Source of the DNA: an uncultured Oscillospiraceae bacterium
GTDB lineage: Bacteria; Bacillota; Clostridia; Oscillospirales; Ruminococcaceae
Assembly (NCBI GenBank): GCA_934438055.1
Contig: CAKSAY010000004.1
Coordinates: 3,351 to 67,350 of the forward strand
Reading direction: 5' to 3'
Length of the DNA stretch: 64,000 bases
A model generated the notes under the pieces. It saw only the letters and a list, made by a program, of their open reading frames with translations. It made no database searches and was not told where the DNA came from. Shown one piece after another: positions 50,308 to 60,697 of the stretch (the first letter of the stretch is position 1; each line of letters starts with the position of its first letter). The position numbers were made by a program, and so were the translations under genes.

Positions 50308-52002
50308 TTAGATTACATCAATTGTGGAAACATATCGAATATTAGAATCCGTTGTTGTATAGGTCATACTCACCGACCGGCCGGGCGTTAGCATAGGCAG
50401 TTCATCGCTCTTTTCAATCGACGCAACATAGGTAATAGCCGGATCATCGGTTAGTGTAAAGTAATAATTCGTATTTCCATCCTTAACCGCAGAGGCCAAT
50501 GTTCCAATAGTACCGGAAACTTCTATCGTTTCAGATGTACTGGCGGCATTCGCACCACTAGACTGCATTTGCTTGACATAAGAATCCTGCGCGGCCGGAA
50601 TGGATTCACCGACTCCAACAATCTGATAATTCTCTACAGAAACAAAAGCATATTGTTTAATCAGACCAGCCTCATCCTTTAAGCTTAAGAAATAGGTAGG
50701 ATAATTCGAGACGTTAATTAAAATAGGGAAAGTTGCAGCATAATTCTTTTCTTGCACCTTGCCCTCTGCCGAGCGCATGGCAGATTCCTCGTCAGCACCG
50801 TTAATTTGATAATACTTCGTCTCTTTTGTGCGCATATTAACGAGAATAAAGCCAATGTTAGATTGATCTCCTGTAACAGAGGTTAAACCGGTATACATCC
50901 ATAAATCGTCGTTTAAGGCCAAACTTGTGTAGCCCGGCGTTGTGGTAATCACATCTCTCTGACCAAAAATGGAGTTAAACCATCCATTAGAATATTTTCC
51001 CCAATTGTCAGCCTGTGTGTTTAATAAATCAGCAGGATAGGCATTATCAATCCATTGAGGCACATCGCCAATGTCATAGTGCGTCATTTCTCCGGTGACA
51101 GCGTCCACCAAAACGATCCCTGTAATATCTTTACCGCCAAGGAAACCGATTTCAAAATCATAAATCGGAACAACCCAGAAAGGCGCGCCGGATTCATCGA
51201 TTTCAAAGACAGCGTCATCAAGCATAGCAGTAGGATAAGCAAAACGAATATGACGATAAAGATTTCTGTTAAAATGTTCATAATCGCCATATTTCATTGG
51301 CTGATCCAATTCCACCAAATCGGTCTGCTGCGTGGCCATATTAATTTTAATATAATACGGCACGCCCTGCGACTGATTGGTAAACCATTTGATAATATCG
51401 CTATATTCTAACGGAGAAACACGCGTTGGGGAATTCTGATAGTTAATTTGGGTATACATATTGGAAATCTCAAACTGTGAAACAAGAGAAACCACCTCGC
51501 CAAGCTTTCTATTTCCCAACTTAATCGCCATTTCTTTGTCCACAACAGGGATTTGCGAAAGCGGAAGCTCTGCAATGTCTTCCTGGAAGTTACCGGTTTC
51601 TACGCTCAATTGATCATGATAATCGCCGGCATTAAAGATTTCAGAAGACGAAATCCAAATAGCGCCCACTATCACAACCACAACGCCCAGCACGACACCG
51701 CCGATTCGAAGATATTTTTTAAAGCGTTTCTTAGAGGTGTTCACCTTAATAACCTGGCCGCCAATCTTAACCTCCGTCGTTTCCTGACTTTCTTTTCGCG
51801 TTTTCTTTGGCAAATTCTTGCACAATAAATACCGTACGCCAAAGAAAACGGCAATCACGATAATGACATATGTCCAAAAGTCAGAAGATTTAATGTTAAT
51901 TGCCGGAATGGTGATATAAAACCAAACAGCGGCAAACACCAAAGTGATTATGATTGGCAGAATAATCTTTCTCATCCAATGCTTTTGCGTCTTGTTTTCC
52001 AT
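50308..52002 (-). CDS. hypothetical membrane protein (3 N-terminal TM segments plus a ~440-aa extracytoplasmic domain)
   Basis: 564-aa ORF. TM segments at about aa 13-33, 43-60 and 96-118. No motif I can name. Confidence 0.7.
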   Translation of the reverse strand: MENKTQKHWMRKIILPIIITLVFAAVWFYITIPAINIKSSDFWTYVIIVIAVFFGVRYLLCKNLPKKTRKESQETTEVKIGGQVIKVNTSKKRFKKYLRIGGVVLGVVVVIVGAIWISSSEIFNAGDYHDQLSVETGNFQEDIAELPLSQIPVVDKEMAIKLGNRKLGEVVSLVSQFEISNMYTQINYQNSPTRVSPLEYSDIIKWFTNQSQGVPYYIKINMATQQTDLVELDQPMKYGDYEHFNRNLYRHIRFAYPTAMLDDAVFEIDESGAPFWVVPIYDFEIGFLGGKDITGIVLVDAVTGEMTHYDIGDVPQWIDNAYPADLLNTQADNWGKYSNGWFNSIFGQRDVITTTPGYTSLALNDDLWMYTGLTSVTGDQSNIGFILVNMRTKETKYYQINGADEESAMRSAEGKVQEKNYAATFPILINVSNYPTYFLSLKDEAGLIKQYAFVSVENYQIVGVGESIPAAQDSYVKQMQSSGANAASTSETIEVSGTIGTLASAVKDGNTNYYFTLTDDPAITYVASIEKSDELPMLTPGRSVSMTYTTTDSNIRYVSTIDVI

Positions 52003-52328
52003 TCGTCCAACTCCTCGATTGTCAATAGTATGCCTGCAAACGGCAAAACGATAAGACCAAACACCGCATAAACAACAGGCATGTTACATATAGTCTTTAT
52101 AAACATCTCCCTATCGTATAGCGCTACTGCGTAACTAAATCTACCGGCGTTTTGCGTTTACCGGGCAAACTGTTGTTATAATGCTCTTGTAAAGTAAGAT
52201 TCTTATTAAAAGTCTTTCCAATACATTATAACACAGTCATATTTTAAAAGCAAAGACTTTTTATTTATGAGTTGACAGAATGAACAAAAACGAATATAGT
52301 TAATAAAAAAGGAAAGGTAAAAAATAAG

Positions 52329-53333
52329 ATGAAAGTATTGCTGTATTCTGAGGGACAAAACATCATTAAAAATTCCGGTATTGGAAAAACGCGTGAGCAT
52401 CAACTCAAGGCGCTGAGAATGTATGGAATCGACGTTACCTTTCACCCAAATGAACCGCATGATATTGTTCACATCAACACTACCGGCCCCCGTTCACGTC
52501 ACTTAGCAAGAAAGTCGCGGCAGTCAGGCACGCCGGTTGTCTACCATGCACACAGCACGGAGGAGGATTTTAGAAACTCCTTCATTGGCTCAAACTTTTT
52601 TTCTTCTAGCGTAAAAAAATGGCTTATCAGCTGCTACACATCTGGGAACGTGATTATAACCCCCACGCCTTATTCTAAAAAACTGTTAGAAAATTACGGG
52701 ATTCAAACACCTATTTACACAGTGTCTAACGGAGTTGATTTGGAATTTTTTAGGCCAAGCGCAGAGAAAAAAGACGCGTTCCGGAAACAATTTGGTTTTA
52801 CGCATAAAGATAAAGTTATCCTCGGCGTGGGGCTTTATATTGAACGAAAAGGAATTTTAGATTTTGTCGAGATGTCCAAGCGACTGCCACAATACCAATT
52901 CATCTGGTTCGGCCACACCCCGCTTTATTCTATCCCTGCAAAAATTCGCCGCATTGTGCGTGCAAAATATCAAAATCTCTCTTTTCCCGGATATGTTGAC
53001 AGTAAGGTTTTAAGCACTGCCTATTGCGGCGCCGATCTCTTTTGGTTTCCAACATTTGAAGAAACAGAGGGGATCGTTTTGCTAGAGGCTATGGCGGCCA
53101 AACAAAACGTATTGGTGCGCAATATTCCCATCTACGCGGGTTGGATGAAAAATGGAAAAGACGTTTATAAAGGAAACAGCTGTCGGGAGTTTGAGCAAAA
53201 AATTGTCGGTATATTAGAGAACAAACTGCCGGATTTGACAGAGCAAGCCTATGCTCTTGTAAATGAAAAAAGCATTGCAAACGTGGGAAAACAGTTAAAA
53301 AACATTTATATTTCTCTGCTTCATAAATATTAA
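52329..53333 (+). CDS. glycosyltransferase family 4 (GT-B fold)
   Basis: C-terminal E-x7-E region FPTFEETEGIVLLEAMAA, 334 aa. Confidence 0.8.
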   Translation: MKVLLYSEGQNIIKNSGIGKTREHQLKALRMYGIDVTFHPNEPHDIVHINTTGPRSRHLARKSRQSGTPVVYHAHSTEEDFRNSFIGSNFFSSSVKKWLISCYTSGNVIITPTPYSKKLLENYGIQTPIYTVSNGVDLEFFRPSAEKKDAFRKQFGFTHKDKVILGVGLYIERKGILDFVEMSKRLPQYQFIWFGHTPLYSIPAKIRRIVRAKYQNLSFPGYVDSKVLSTAYCGADLFWFPTFEETEGIVLLEAMAAKQNVLVRNIPIYAGWMKNGKDVYKGNSCREFEQKIVGILENKLPDLTEQAYALVNEKSIANVGKQLKNIYISLLHKY

Positions 53334-53340
53334 TAGATTC

Positions 53341-53382
53341 AAAAAGCAGCTATCTGTTTAAGCTAAAGATAGCTGCTTTTTA
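53341..53382 (+). terminator. intrinsic terminator after the GT4 gene
   Basis: AAAAAGCAGCTATCT / AGATAGCTGCTTTTT stem. Confidence 0.85.
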
Positions 53383-54186
53383 TTCGTCATTTTTTCTCCT
53401 ATTTCGCAAACGTATTCCCAATGACAATTCGCTTAGACTAACGTGAATTATCATGTACCTCTGAATTGCTTGGAAAATTAGAAAAGCTGTACCCTGCATG
53501 TATTCAGGCACTCTGATATATATTTCTAAATTTCATTAGAACTCAGTCTTCGTGTCTGTGTATCTGGATATTCCCTATATTCTTCAACGCTGAAAATAGG
53601 CGCCATACTGTTGCATGTTTTTCCCTTATTCTTTTATTTAGATATAATTGCAAATCCTTATTATCTGCAAATATTTTGTATGCAAGTCTGCCATTCTTCT
53701 TTTTATCTCATAAATACCACATGGCTTTTTCATGCTAAAATCAGCAGTGCGAAGACATAATTTGCAATTTCGAGTGACTGAAAAAGAAATTCCCAGCGTT
53801 GTAACCTGCGCTTCAGGTCATGCTCGATACAAATACACCGTCCACAATTTCCGCAAATGTACTATGTGTGACTTTTCAAACAATTCAATGGATTCAATAA
53901 TGGTGTAATTCTATTTTAATCCATATAACATTCCTAGCACATTTTTACATACTTCTTCTCTATGCGATTATTTTGATATGATACAATATTCATCCTCCCT
54001 GCTTCAAAGCAGTGGTTACACGATTCCGAACAGAACGTTTTATATACCTGTCATATGATAGGGGATAACGCCGCACAGTCCACCCATTCAAATAAATCTA
54101 ATAGAATCCTATACGTAAATTGGTTCTGATTTCTCATTCCATTACATAAGAATAGTAGGACGTAGAATATTCAAAGGAAAGAGGCG

Positions 54187-55263
54187 ATGAATGTGAAACG
54201 GCGTAAAATCCTTCTTGTGATCGTTGCGATTCTTGTATTTTCGGCGCTCATTGTCACTGCAATCACCTATCCAAATGTAACGGCCGCTGAAAAAAATGCA
54301 GAGCAAGAAGAAGACTTCATTAAATGGGTTGAGTTCAAACCGCCTGTTTGTGCAATGGAAAAGGCGCTCGAGGCAGATATCGACAGTTATAACGACGCCA
54401 TTCATCTTAATTGGATCGATCTTTTGAGTTATCTTGCAGCAAGCTATTGGGGCGAATGGAGTCGTTATAAAAGTTCTGATTTAGATGCTTTAATTGCAAA
54501 ATTAAAGGATGGCCAAAAAATAGAGCAGTTAGCGGCAGGTTATCAGGAATTCCCCTATTTTCGCGAAGCCTATCATGCAGTTTTAGATGGATTTGTTGGG
54601 GAATATCAAATTGGCACCGGAGGATATGACATAAACGGAAATCAAATTATGGAAACCAAATATGGACTGCGCGCTTATTCTCCCATTGCATATGGCTTTA
54701 GCTTTAACCATTATAAAGACTTTGGCGTGTCAAGAAGCTTTGGCTTTAAACGGCGTCATTTGGGAAACGATTTGGTTGCCAGCGTAGGAACACCGGTTGT
54801 GGCAGTTGAAAGCGGCGTTGTCACCCAATGTGGCTGGAACAAATACGGCGGCTGGAGAATCGGCATACGCAGCTTTGACTCAAAAAGATATTATTACTAT
54901 GCCCACCTAAGAAAAGATCACCCCTTTGCGCCCGGCATAGAGGTAGGCTCGGTCGTCAATGCAGGCGATCTCATAGGTTATGTGGGCATGACCGGCTATA
55001 GCAACACAGAAAATGTCAATGGAATGACAATTCCCCATCTACATTTCGGTATGCAGCTTATATTTGACGAATCACAAGTAGAAAGCGATAATGAGATTTG
55101 GATCGACGTCTATAACATTGTAAATCTACTTGAAAAGCATAAATCTCCTCTCGTGAGAAAGGAGGGGGAAAAAGACTATGCACGCAAATATCAATTTGTG
55201 GATCCCACAACAGAGGCCTACAAACAAGAGCAGGCGTCTAGCGAAACACAGTCTGCCGCATGA
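54187..55263 (+). CDS. M23 family metallopeptidase (LytM-like), membrane anchored
   Basis: N-terminal TM anchor. HLGNDL...GTPVVAVESGVV...HLHFGMQ zinc motifs. Confidence 0.85.
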   Translation: MNVKRRKILLVIVAILVFSALIVTAITYPNVTAAEKNAEQEEDFIKWVEFKPPVCAMEKALEADIDSYNDAIHLNWIDLLSYLAASYWGEWSRYKSSDLDALIAKLKDGQKIEQLAAGYQEFPYFREAYHAVLDGFVGEYQIGTGGYDINGNQIMETKYGLRAYSPIAYGFSFNHYKDFGVSRSFGFKRRHLGNDLVASVGTPVVAVESGVVTQCGWNKYGGWRIGIRSFDSKRYYYYAHLRKDHPFAPGIEVGSVVNAGDLIGYVGMTGYSNTENVNGMTIPHLHFGMQLIFDESQVESDNEIWIDVYNIVNLLEKHKSPLVRKEGEKDYARKYQFVDPTTEAYKQEQASSETQSAA

Positions 55264-55436
55264 ATAAAAATGCAAGGAAGCCTTTCATATCTGCATCAAA
55301 TACTATCCACAAACACTCTGTGTGGTTGCGCCACCAAGCAAACCACTTACGCTCAATCATAAAAAGAAAGTAGCCAGAAAATTATTTGCCCCTCAAATAT
55401 TAATTTAAGACAACCGTCATATCCATATGTAAAGCT

Positions 55437-56210
55437 TTAAAAATAGCCCATCAAGCCGCGGACAGACGCTTCATTTTGGAAAAACACTTTCTCTTGATTT
55501 CCAATTTGACATAAAAGTTCGCCACCGGTTGTGATCTTTTTTGCCACACCACAAATTCTCCCCTGCTTGGTCTCAATCATAACTTCTCTGCCACAGGTAA
55601 TGCAACGCTTTTCATAGTCGCTTAAAAAAGCCGTGGAGAAGCCCTCTGACTGCCATCTGTCAAAACACTCCTCAAATTTCACCAAAAAATCTTCCGCCAC
55701 CCTCTCTAATGAAAGTCGCTTTCCGGTTTGTGAAAACACCGACCCGGCATACGGCAAATTCATGCTATCGAACCACTCTCGCGACTGCAAAAGGTTTATG
55801 CCGATTCCGCAAACAACCATAGCTCTCCTGTCCATAAAACTTCCCTCACACAAAATGCCCGTAATTTTTCTGCCGCCTAACAACAAATCATTCGGCCATT
55901 TAATGCACGGGTACAAATCAAAACTTTCTAATGTATAAGCAGCTGCTAAAGCAGTAACCAGTGTAAGGGTTTGCAAAACCTCTGCGTGTTCAACAGAAAG
56001 AACCATAGAAATAGCAAGCGATTGCCCCGGCTTTTGTGCCCACTTCCTGTCTCGGCTTCCCCTCCCTTGCCTTTGGCAGTCCGCCATCACGACGCTTCCA
56101 TGAGCCAGCTGCTGCAAATGTTCCTTGCAATATTGATTTGTCGAATGAACTTCATCGAATAAAAGCAATGGCTTTCCCAACCATTTCGTCTTCAAATCAA
56201 GCTCTGTCAA
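55437..56210 (-). CDS. birA: biotin--[acetyl-CoA-carboxylase] ligase (class I, no HTH)
   Basis: GRGSRDRKW biotin-binding loop (GRGRxGRxW type), KWPNDLL, 257 aa. Confidence 0.88.
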   Translation of the reverse strand: MTELDLKTKWLGKPLLLFDEVHSTNQYCKEHLQQLAHGSVVMADCQRQGRGSRDRKWAQKPGQSLAISMVLSVEHAEVLQTLTLVTALAAAYTLESFDLYPCIKWPNDLLLGGRKITGILCEGSFMDRRAMVVCGIGINLLQSREWFDSMNLPYAGSVFSQTGKRLSLERVAEDFLVKFEECFDRWQSEGFSTAFLSDYEKRCITCGREVMIETKQGRICGVAKKITTGGELLCQIGNQEKVFFQNEASVRGLMGYF

Positions 56211-56691
56211 AATTCTTCACCTCCACAATGTTCGTAACAATCCCGGCTTTTGTTAAGTCAATGGTTCCGTAGCTAGGCTTCGCACCGCGCGGCTGACCCA
56301 GGCTGCCGGGGTTTAAAATGTGCAACCCATCACAATAAGCTGTAAAGCTTTTGTGCGTATGACCATATAATGCAATAGAGGCATGTTGTTTGACAGCGGC
56401 TTGTGCAAGCCGATCAAGCCCCGCCTTCACAGAAAGGGTGTGTCCATGGGTCATAAAGATGCAAACACCACCGAGCACAATGCTTCTCTCCAACGGAGCA
56501 AGCTGCTGAAAATCACAATTTCCACGAACGGAATAGAAATTTTTGCAGGCAAACTTTTGCTCTAATCTCTTAAATTCATCCAGTCCATCTCCTAAATGAA
56601 GATAGCAATCCGTTTGCTGATAGGTCCTCTCAAACACCGAAAGCAAACGATAATAGATTCCATGGGTATCAGAAAATACAACGATTCTCAT
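56197..56691 (-). CDS. YfcE/MJ0936 family metallophosphoesterase
   Basis: MRIVVFSDTHG, HLGDG, GNCD, THGH, GHTH motifs. Confidence 0.85.
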   Translation of the reverse strand: MRIVVFSDTHGIYYRLLSVFERTYQQTDCYLHLGDGLDEFKRLEQKFACKNFYSVRGNCDFQQLAPLERSIVLGGVCIFMTHGHTLSVKAGLDRLAQAAVKQHASIALYGHTHKSFTAYCDGLHILNPGSLGQPRGAKPSYGTIDLTKAGIVTNIVEVKNFDRA

Positions 56692-56755
56692 AGTCGCATC
56701 CTTTCAAACACTTAATCGCATAAACATAATCTGTCTTGAAAAAGGAGAATGTATC

Positions 56756-57004
56756 TTGAATCAATCATTTTCACAACAGGAATTAAACGAAATGCTCAAC
56801 CGTCTGTCTCAAAAAGCAAAAACAGAGGACATAAACAACCTAAGCAAGCAATCGCCGCAAGAGCTTCTCAAAAAACTCAGCGCTGAAGACGCGGCAAAAA
56901 TCAAAGCGGTTATGAAAGACAAAGAAGCAATGAACAACCTGCTCAATTCACCACAAGCCAAAGCACTCATGAAGATGATCAACAAAGGAAAAAGGGGGAA
57001 ATAG
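56756..57004 (+). CDS. hypothetical small protein (82 aa, Lys-rich helical)
   Basis: First of three tightly coupled ORFs. GGAGAA-type RBS. Confidence 0.55.
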   Translation: MNQSFSQQELNEMLNRLSQKAKTEDINNLSKQSPQELLKKLSAEDAAKIKAVMKDKEAMNNLLNSPQAKALMKMINKGKRGK

Positions 57005-57006
57005 CA

Positions 57007-57414
57007 TTGGAAGATATAGCCCAAACCCTACAGGACATTTTAGGAAGTGAAGAGGGTCAACAAAAGCTCAAAGGACTTATAGAAATGTTTGGGGATGGGC
57101 ATGATGGCATCGATCTTTCAATGCTCGAGGGAATGCTCTCAAGCACACAAAATCAATCAGCGCCCTCAAACAGCTCCGCCAACAATGAAAAACCGCCTGA
57201 CGGCGGTTTGGATTTGCAGGCGTTAATGGGAATTGGCAGAATGATGGAGCAGGTCAATAAACCAGATAGCAAGACAGAGCTCATCCGCGCTCTAAAGCCC
57301 CTTCTCTGTCCGGAACGGCAGAAAAAAGCTGACACCGCAATCAAAATTCTTCGCCTTCTTTCTCTCCTGCCTTTATTGAGAGAAAGCGGCCTTTTAGATA
57401 ACTTTAATCTTTAG
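57007..57414 (+). CDS. hypothetical protein (135 aa)
   Basis: TTG start 5 nt after AAAGGGGGAAA, 2 nt after the upstream stop. Confidence 0.55.
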   Translation: MEDIAQTLQDILGSEEGQQKLKGLIEMFGDGHDGIDLSMLEGMLSSTQNQSAPSNSSANNEKPPDGGLDLQALMGIGRMMEQVNKPDSKTELIRALKPLLCPERQKKADTAIKILRLLSLLPLLRESGLLDNFNL

Positions 57415-57424
57415 GAGAACCATT

Positions 57425-57781
57425 ATGAAACGCAACTACAGTCAAGAAGACATCGCCGCAATGCAACAGGACGCAATCCGCCGTGTGAAAGAAATGGATC
57501 GCCGTGCAAGAGCGCATCTTCACCCAAACAACGAAAGAGTACAAGACGAACAACTTAGGGAAATCACCCTACCCATTGCGGAAGCAACGCTGACGCACGA
57601 CGAGCAAAAGCAAGAACATAATCCGGCAAAAGCCAGTTCCTCCCCCCTTCCCTTCAGTCAGCTGTTAGAGGGGCTCGGTTTGGACAGCGATCATATCCTA
57701 ATTATTGTCCTTATCATCATTTTAATGCAAGAAGGAGCGGACAAATTGCTAATTTTTGCATTAGTTTATTTAATGCTATAA
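57425..57781 (+). CDS. hypothetical protein (118 aa) with a C-terminal TM/hydrophobic tail
   Basis: ATG after GGAGAA. C-terminal ILIIVLIIILMQEGADKLLIFALVYLML. Confidence 0.55.
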   Translation: MKRNYSQEDIAAMQQDAIRRVKEMDRRARAHLHPNNERVQDEQLREITLPIAEATLTHDEQKQEHNPAKASSSPLPFSQLLEGLGLDSDHILIIVLIIILMQEGADKLLIFALVYLML

Positions 57782-57809
57782 AATAAAAAACGTTTTTCCT
57801 CTTCATGCG

Positions 57810-59033
57810 TTATTGGACAAGCTCTTGTGCCAATGAGAGCAATGCATTCCGCTCATTTGGAATCTTTCCCTCAATCACTTGGCGCAATAATTCCTCTAAA
57901 ACAGTGCCGATTCTCCGTCCAGACGGCACACCCAACAGAAGAAGATCCTCTCCGTTAACGGCAAGCTCTTTTCGAGAGCAGCATAGATGATGTTGCGTAA
58001 CTTCCTCCATCCATTTTAAACAATCCGCTCTCATCTTCACATCCAATATGCCAACAGCTTTCCCAACAGCCAAAAAGGATTGCATGCTCTTTTCTCCCAA
58101 TTCTCCATAAAGCTTGCAAAAGGAAATCTTATCAAAATCAGGCATTGAAAGATTTTTTAGCAACAGGGTCACATCTGCAATTGTCTTTGAATCAAAACGC
58201 AGTGAATGTAACAAATTCATACGCTCTAAGGGAGAAAATGGCCATAAAAAAAGGCAGAGACGGGCCAAAAAATCAGGCGGTGTCCTCTCAAAGCGCTCCA
58301 AAAGTGTAGCAAAAAGGTTTTCCTCTTTGTAAAATGGAAAAAGAGTCTGCCAAACAGGCTTGCAGCGCTCCAATGCCTGTACGATATAATTCCCATGAAA
58401 CGTAAAAAACAGCTCTCTTTGAATTCTCTCTCTAGACAGGAGGCGCAGTCCGTCCACTGCGTCAAACATAGCATAACGCGTTTTATCTTCAATTGCAAAA
58501 CCCAGCACAGCGCAAAAACGAACCGCTCGTAAGATGCGTAAAGCGTCTTGAGCAAAACGTTGACGAGGGTTCCCAACCGCACGCAAAACCCCTCTTTGCA
58601 AGTCCAAAAAACCGCCAACAGGGTCAAGCAGTCCCTGCTGCGGATGATAGGCCATTGCATTGATCGTAAAATCTCTTCTCTGTAAATCCTCCCACACACT
58701 GTCTGTAAAATAAACTCTATCGGGATGTCTTGCATCGGTATACTCTCCATCGCGGCGAAATGTTGTGACCTCTACAGGATGTCCGTCAGCTAAAACAGTA
58801 ATGGTTCCATGCTTTCTTCCTGTCTCAAACGTCTTCCGGTGAGTTAGACAAGAAAGAATTTCATGGGGCAAAGCACTCACTGCCAAATCGCAATCATAAG
58901 GCTGTTTTCCTAAAAGAGAATCACGAACCCATCCTCCCACAATATAGGCAGAATAGCCATGACGAATCAGTTCCTGCGCAATGCACCAAGCGGCAGGCGG
59001 CGGAGAAAGCTTCACATCCTTTCTCGTTTCCAT
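57810..59033 (-). CDS. cca: CCA tRNA nucleotidyltransferase
   Basis: YIVGGWVRDSLLGKQPYDCDLAV, RRDFTINAMA, and a poly(A) polymerase head domain. Confidence 0.9.
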   Translation of the reverse strand: METRKDVKLSPPPAAWCIAQELIRHGYSAYIVGGWVRDSLLGKQPYDCDLAVSALPHEILSCLTHRKTFETGRKHGTITVLADGHPVEVTTFRRDGEYTDARHPDRVYFTDSVWEDLQRRDFTINAMAYHPQQGLLDPVGGFLDLQRGVLRAVGNPRQRFAQDALRILRAVRFCAVLGFAIEDKTRYAMFDAVDGLRLLSRERIQRELFFTFHGNYIVQALERCKPVWQTLFPFYKEENLFATLLERFERTPPDFLARLCLFLWPFSPLERMNLLHSLRFDSKTIADVTLLLKNLSMPDFDKISFCKLYGELGEKSMQSFLAVGKAVGILDVKMRADCLKWMEEVTQHHLCCSRKELAVNGEDLLLLGVPSGRRIGTVLEELLRQVIEGKIPNERNALLSLAQELVQ

Positions 59034-59740
59034 TCACGAATCCTTTCCTTTGTTTGCGGCGGCACCCTTTTAGAATCCAAAATTTTTTGTAGAGCAATCT
59101 GACGGATTTTCTCATCAATCTTTCCATACCGCAAATGGGGTGCAGTCTGTTTGGGAAATTTAATAAATGCTATTGAAAGAAGCCAGCCGTTTGCCATTTG
59201 AACATAATAATCTGAGCAAGCAATATTTACACTATGTATAATAACTTCTTCTATATACATATCGTTTATAAAATAGTCCAACAATAACACCAATCCAAAT
59301 CGTTTCGTCCACGGATTTTCCTCTTTGAGCAGTGAAACTGCAAAGGCAAACCCTTCTGCTTGATTCTTCACCTTTTGAAAAGATTTCAACGACGAACATG
59401 TCATATCGCAAACCGCCCAATTTTCAACTTTCGGAATAAAATCTCTCAACAGGGCGCAGGTTGTTAAAAAATCAGCCTTATATTTCCCAATCACAATGCC
59501 CTGCAATAAAAACTCCTCATAATATTGATAGGTAATCATCTGAAAATAAGACGCAACGTCTCCTTTGGCGATTTCTCCGGCCATGTTTTTAAGCAACGGT
59601 GCACGAACACCAATCATCTCGAGTTCTGTGGGAATGATCCTCTTTTGAAAGGTGCGGTAATCAACGTCTTGCAGCAAAAACAGCTCCTTCAGGAGTTGGT
59701 CATAATCCTGCTGTGTCCAACCAACTCGATTCAATTCCAT
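59012..59740 (-). CDS. DNA alkylation repair protein (AlkD-like HEAT repeat family)
   Basis: 242 aa. Pattern DYRTFQKRIIPT...IGVRAPLLKNMA...W typical of the family as I recall it. Confidence 0.65.
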   Translation of the reverse strand: MELNRVGWTQQDYDQLLKELFLLQDVDYRTFQKRIIPTELEMIGVRAPLLKNMAGEIAKGDVASYFQMITYQYYEEFLLQGIVIGKYKADFLTTCALLRDFIPKVENWAVCDMTCSSLKSFQKVKNQAEGFAFAVSLLKEENPWTKRFGLVLLLDYFINDMYIEEVIIHSVNIACSDYYVQMANGWLLSIAFIKFPKQTAPHLRYGKIDEKIRQIALQKILDSKRVPPQTKERIREWKRERM

Positions 59741-60697
59741 CTAGTTTTTCCCATTCCCTTCATAAAACTTTCCCTGCCAAAGAGCGTGACTCCTCAAATA
59801 ACCATCTATCGCATTTAAAACCTTACGTTTTTGCAGGCTCCACAAAGGCGCCTCCAGCGCATCTCTCTTTCCGTCTCCGGTTAAACGCTCAATCACAACC
59901 GATGGCGGCAGGAATGTCAACTGCTTGCAAACAAGTGAAACATATTCATCCTGACTTAGGGGCGTATATTTTCCCAAATGGTAATCTTTAGACAATGCCG
60001 TGTTGTTTAGAACATGAAGAAGATGAATTTTGACACTGTGGGGAGATAATTGCGCTACCTGTTTTGTTGAAGCAAGCATTTGTTCAAAATCTTCACCGGG
60101 AAGCCCATTAATGAGATGAATGCAGACTGCAATCCCATTCTCTTTGAGTTGGCAATATGATTCTAAAAATTCCGCATAACAATAGCAGCGATTGATTCTC
60201 TTCGCCGTGTTGTCATGCACTGTTTGCAGCCCCAATTCAAGCGTTAAATGCGTTCTGTTGTTTAATTCTCTCAAAAGAGGAAAAATCTCATTCGGCAAAC
60301 AATCCGGCCGCGTAGCAATACTAAGCCCAACAACATTTGGCAACGCCAGCGCCTCCTCATAGCGCTGTCTTAACACTGATAAAGGAGCATATGTATTCGT
60401 AAACGCTTGAAAATAAGCAATGACAGGCAATTCACCCCACTTTTTGGCCATCATCTTGCTTCCCTCTTCCAACTGCACAGCAATTGGAAGACTTCTGCTC
60501 CCGGCAAACTCTCCGCTTCCCGCAGCAGAACAAAAAGTGCACCCGCCGATCCCCTTTGAACCATCCCGATTCGGACAGGTGAACCCGGCGTCGATTGCCA
60601 CCTTGCACACCTTACTGTGAAAAATCCCACGAAAGTATTGATTCAGTGAATAATAACGTTTATCGCCAAAGAAAGATGGATAAAGCGCTGCCATCAT
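59741..60697 (-). CDS. TIGR01212 family radical SAM protein
   Basis: CPNRDGSKGIGGCTFCS cluster motif. Start taken at Met22 (MMAALYP), which forms a TAATG overlap with the upstream permease stop. Confidence 0.85.
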   Translation of the reverse strand: MMAALYPSFFGDKRYYSLNQYFRGIFHSKVCKVAIDAGFTCPNRDGSKGIGGCTFCSAAGSGEFAGSRSLPIAVQLEEGSKMMAKKWGELPVIAYFQAFTNTYAPLSVLRQRYEEALALPNVVGLSIATRPDCLPNEIFPLLRELNNRTHLTLELGLQTVHDNTAKRINRCYCYAEFLESYCQLKENGIAVCIHLINGLPGEDFEQMLASTKQVAQLSPHSVKIHLLHVLNNTALSKDYHLGKYTPLSQDEYVSLVCKQLTFLPPSVVIERLTGDGKRDALEAPLWSLQKRKVLNAIDGYLRSHALWQGKFYEGNGKN

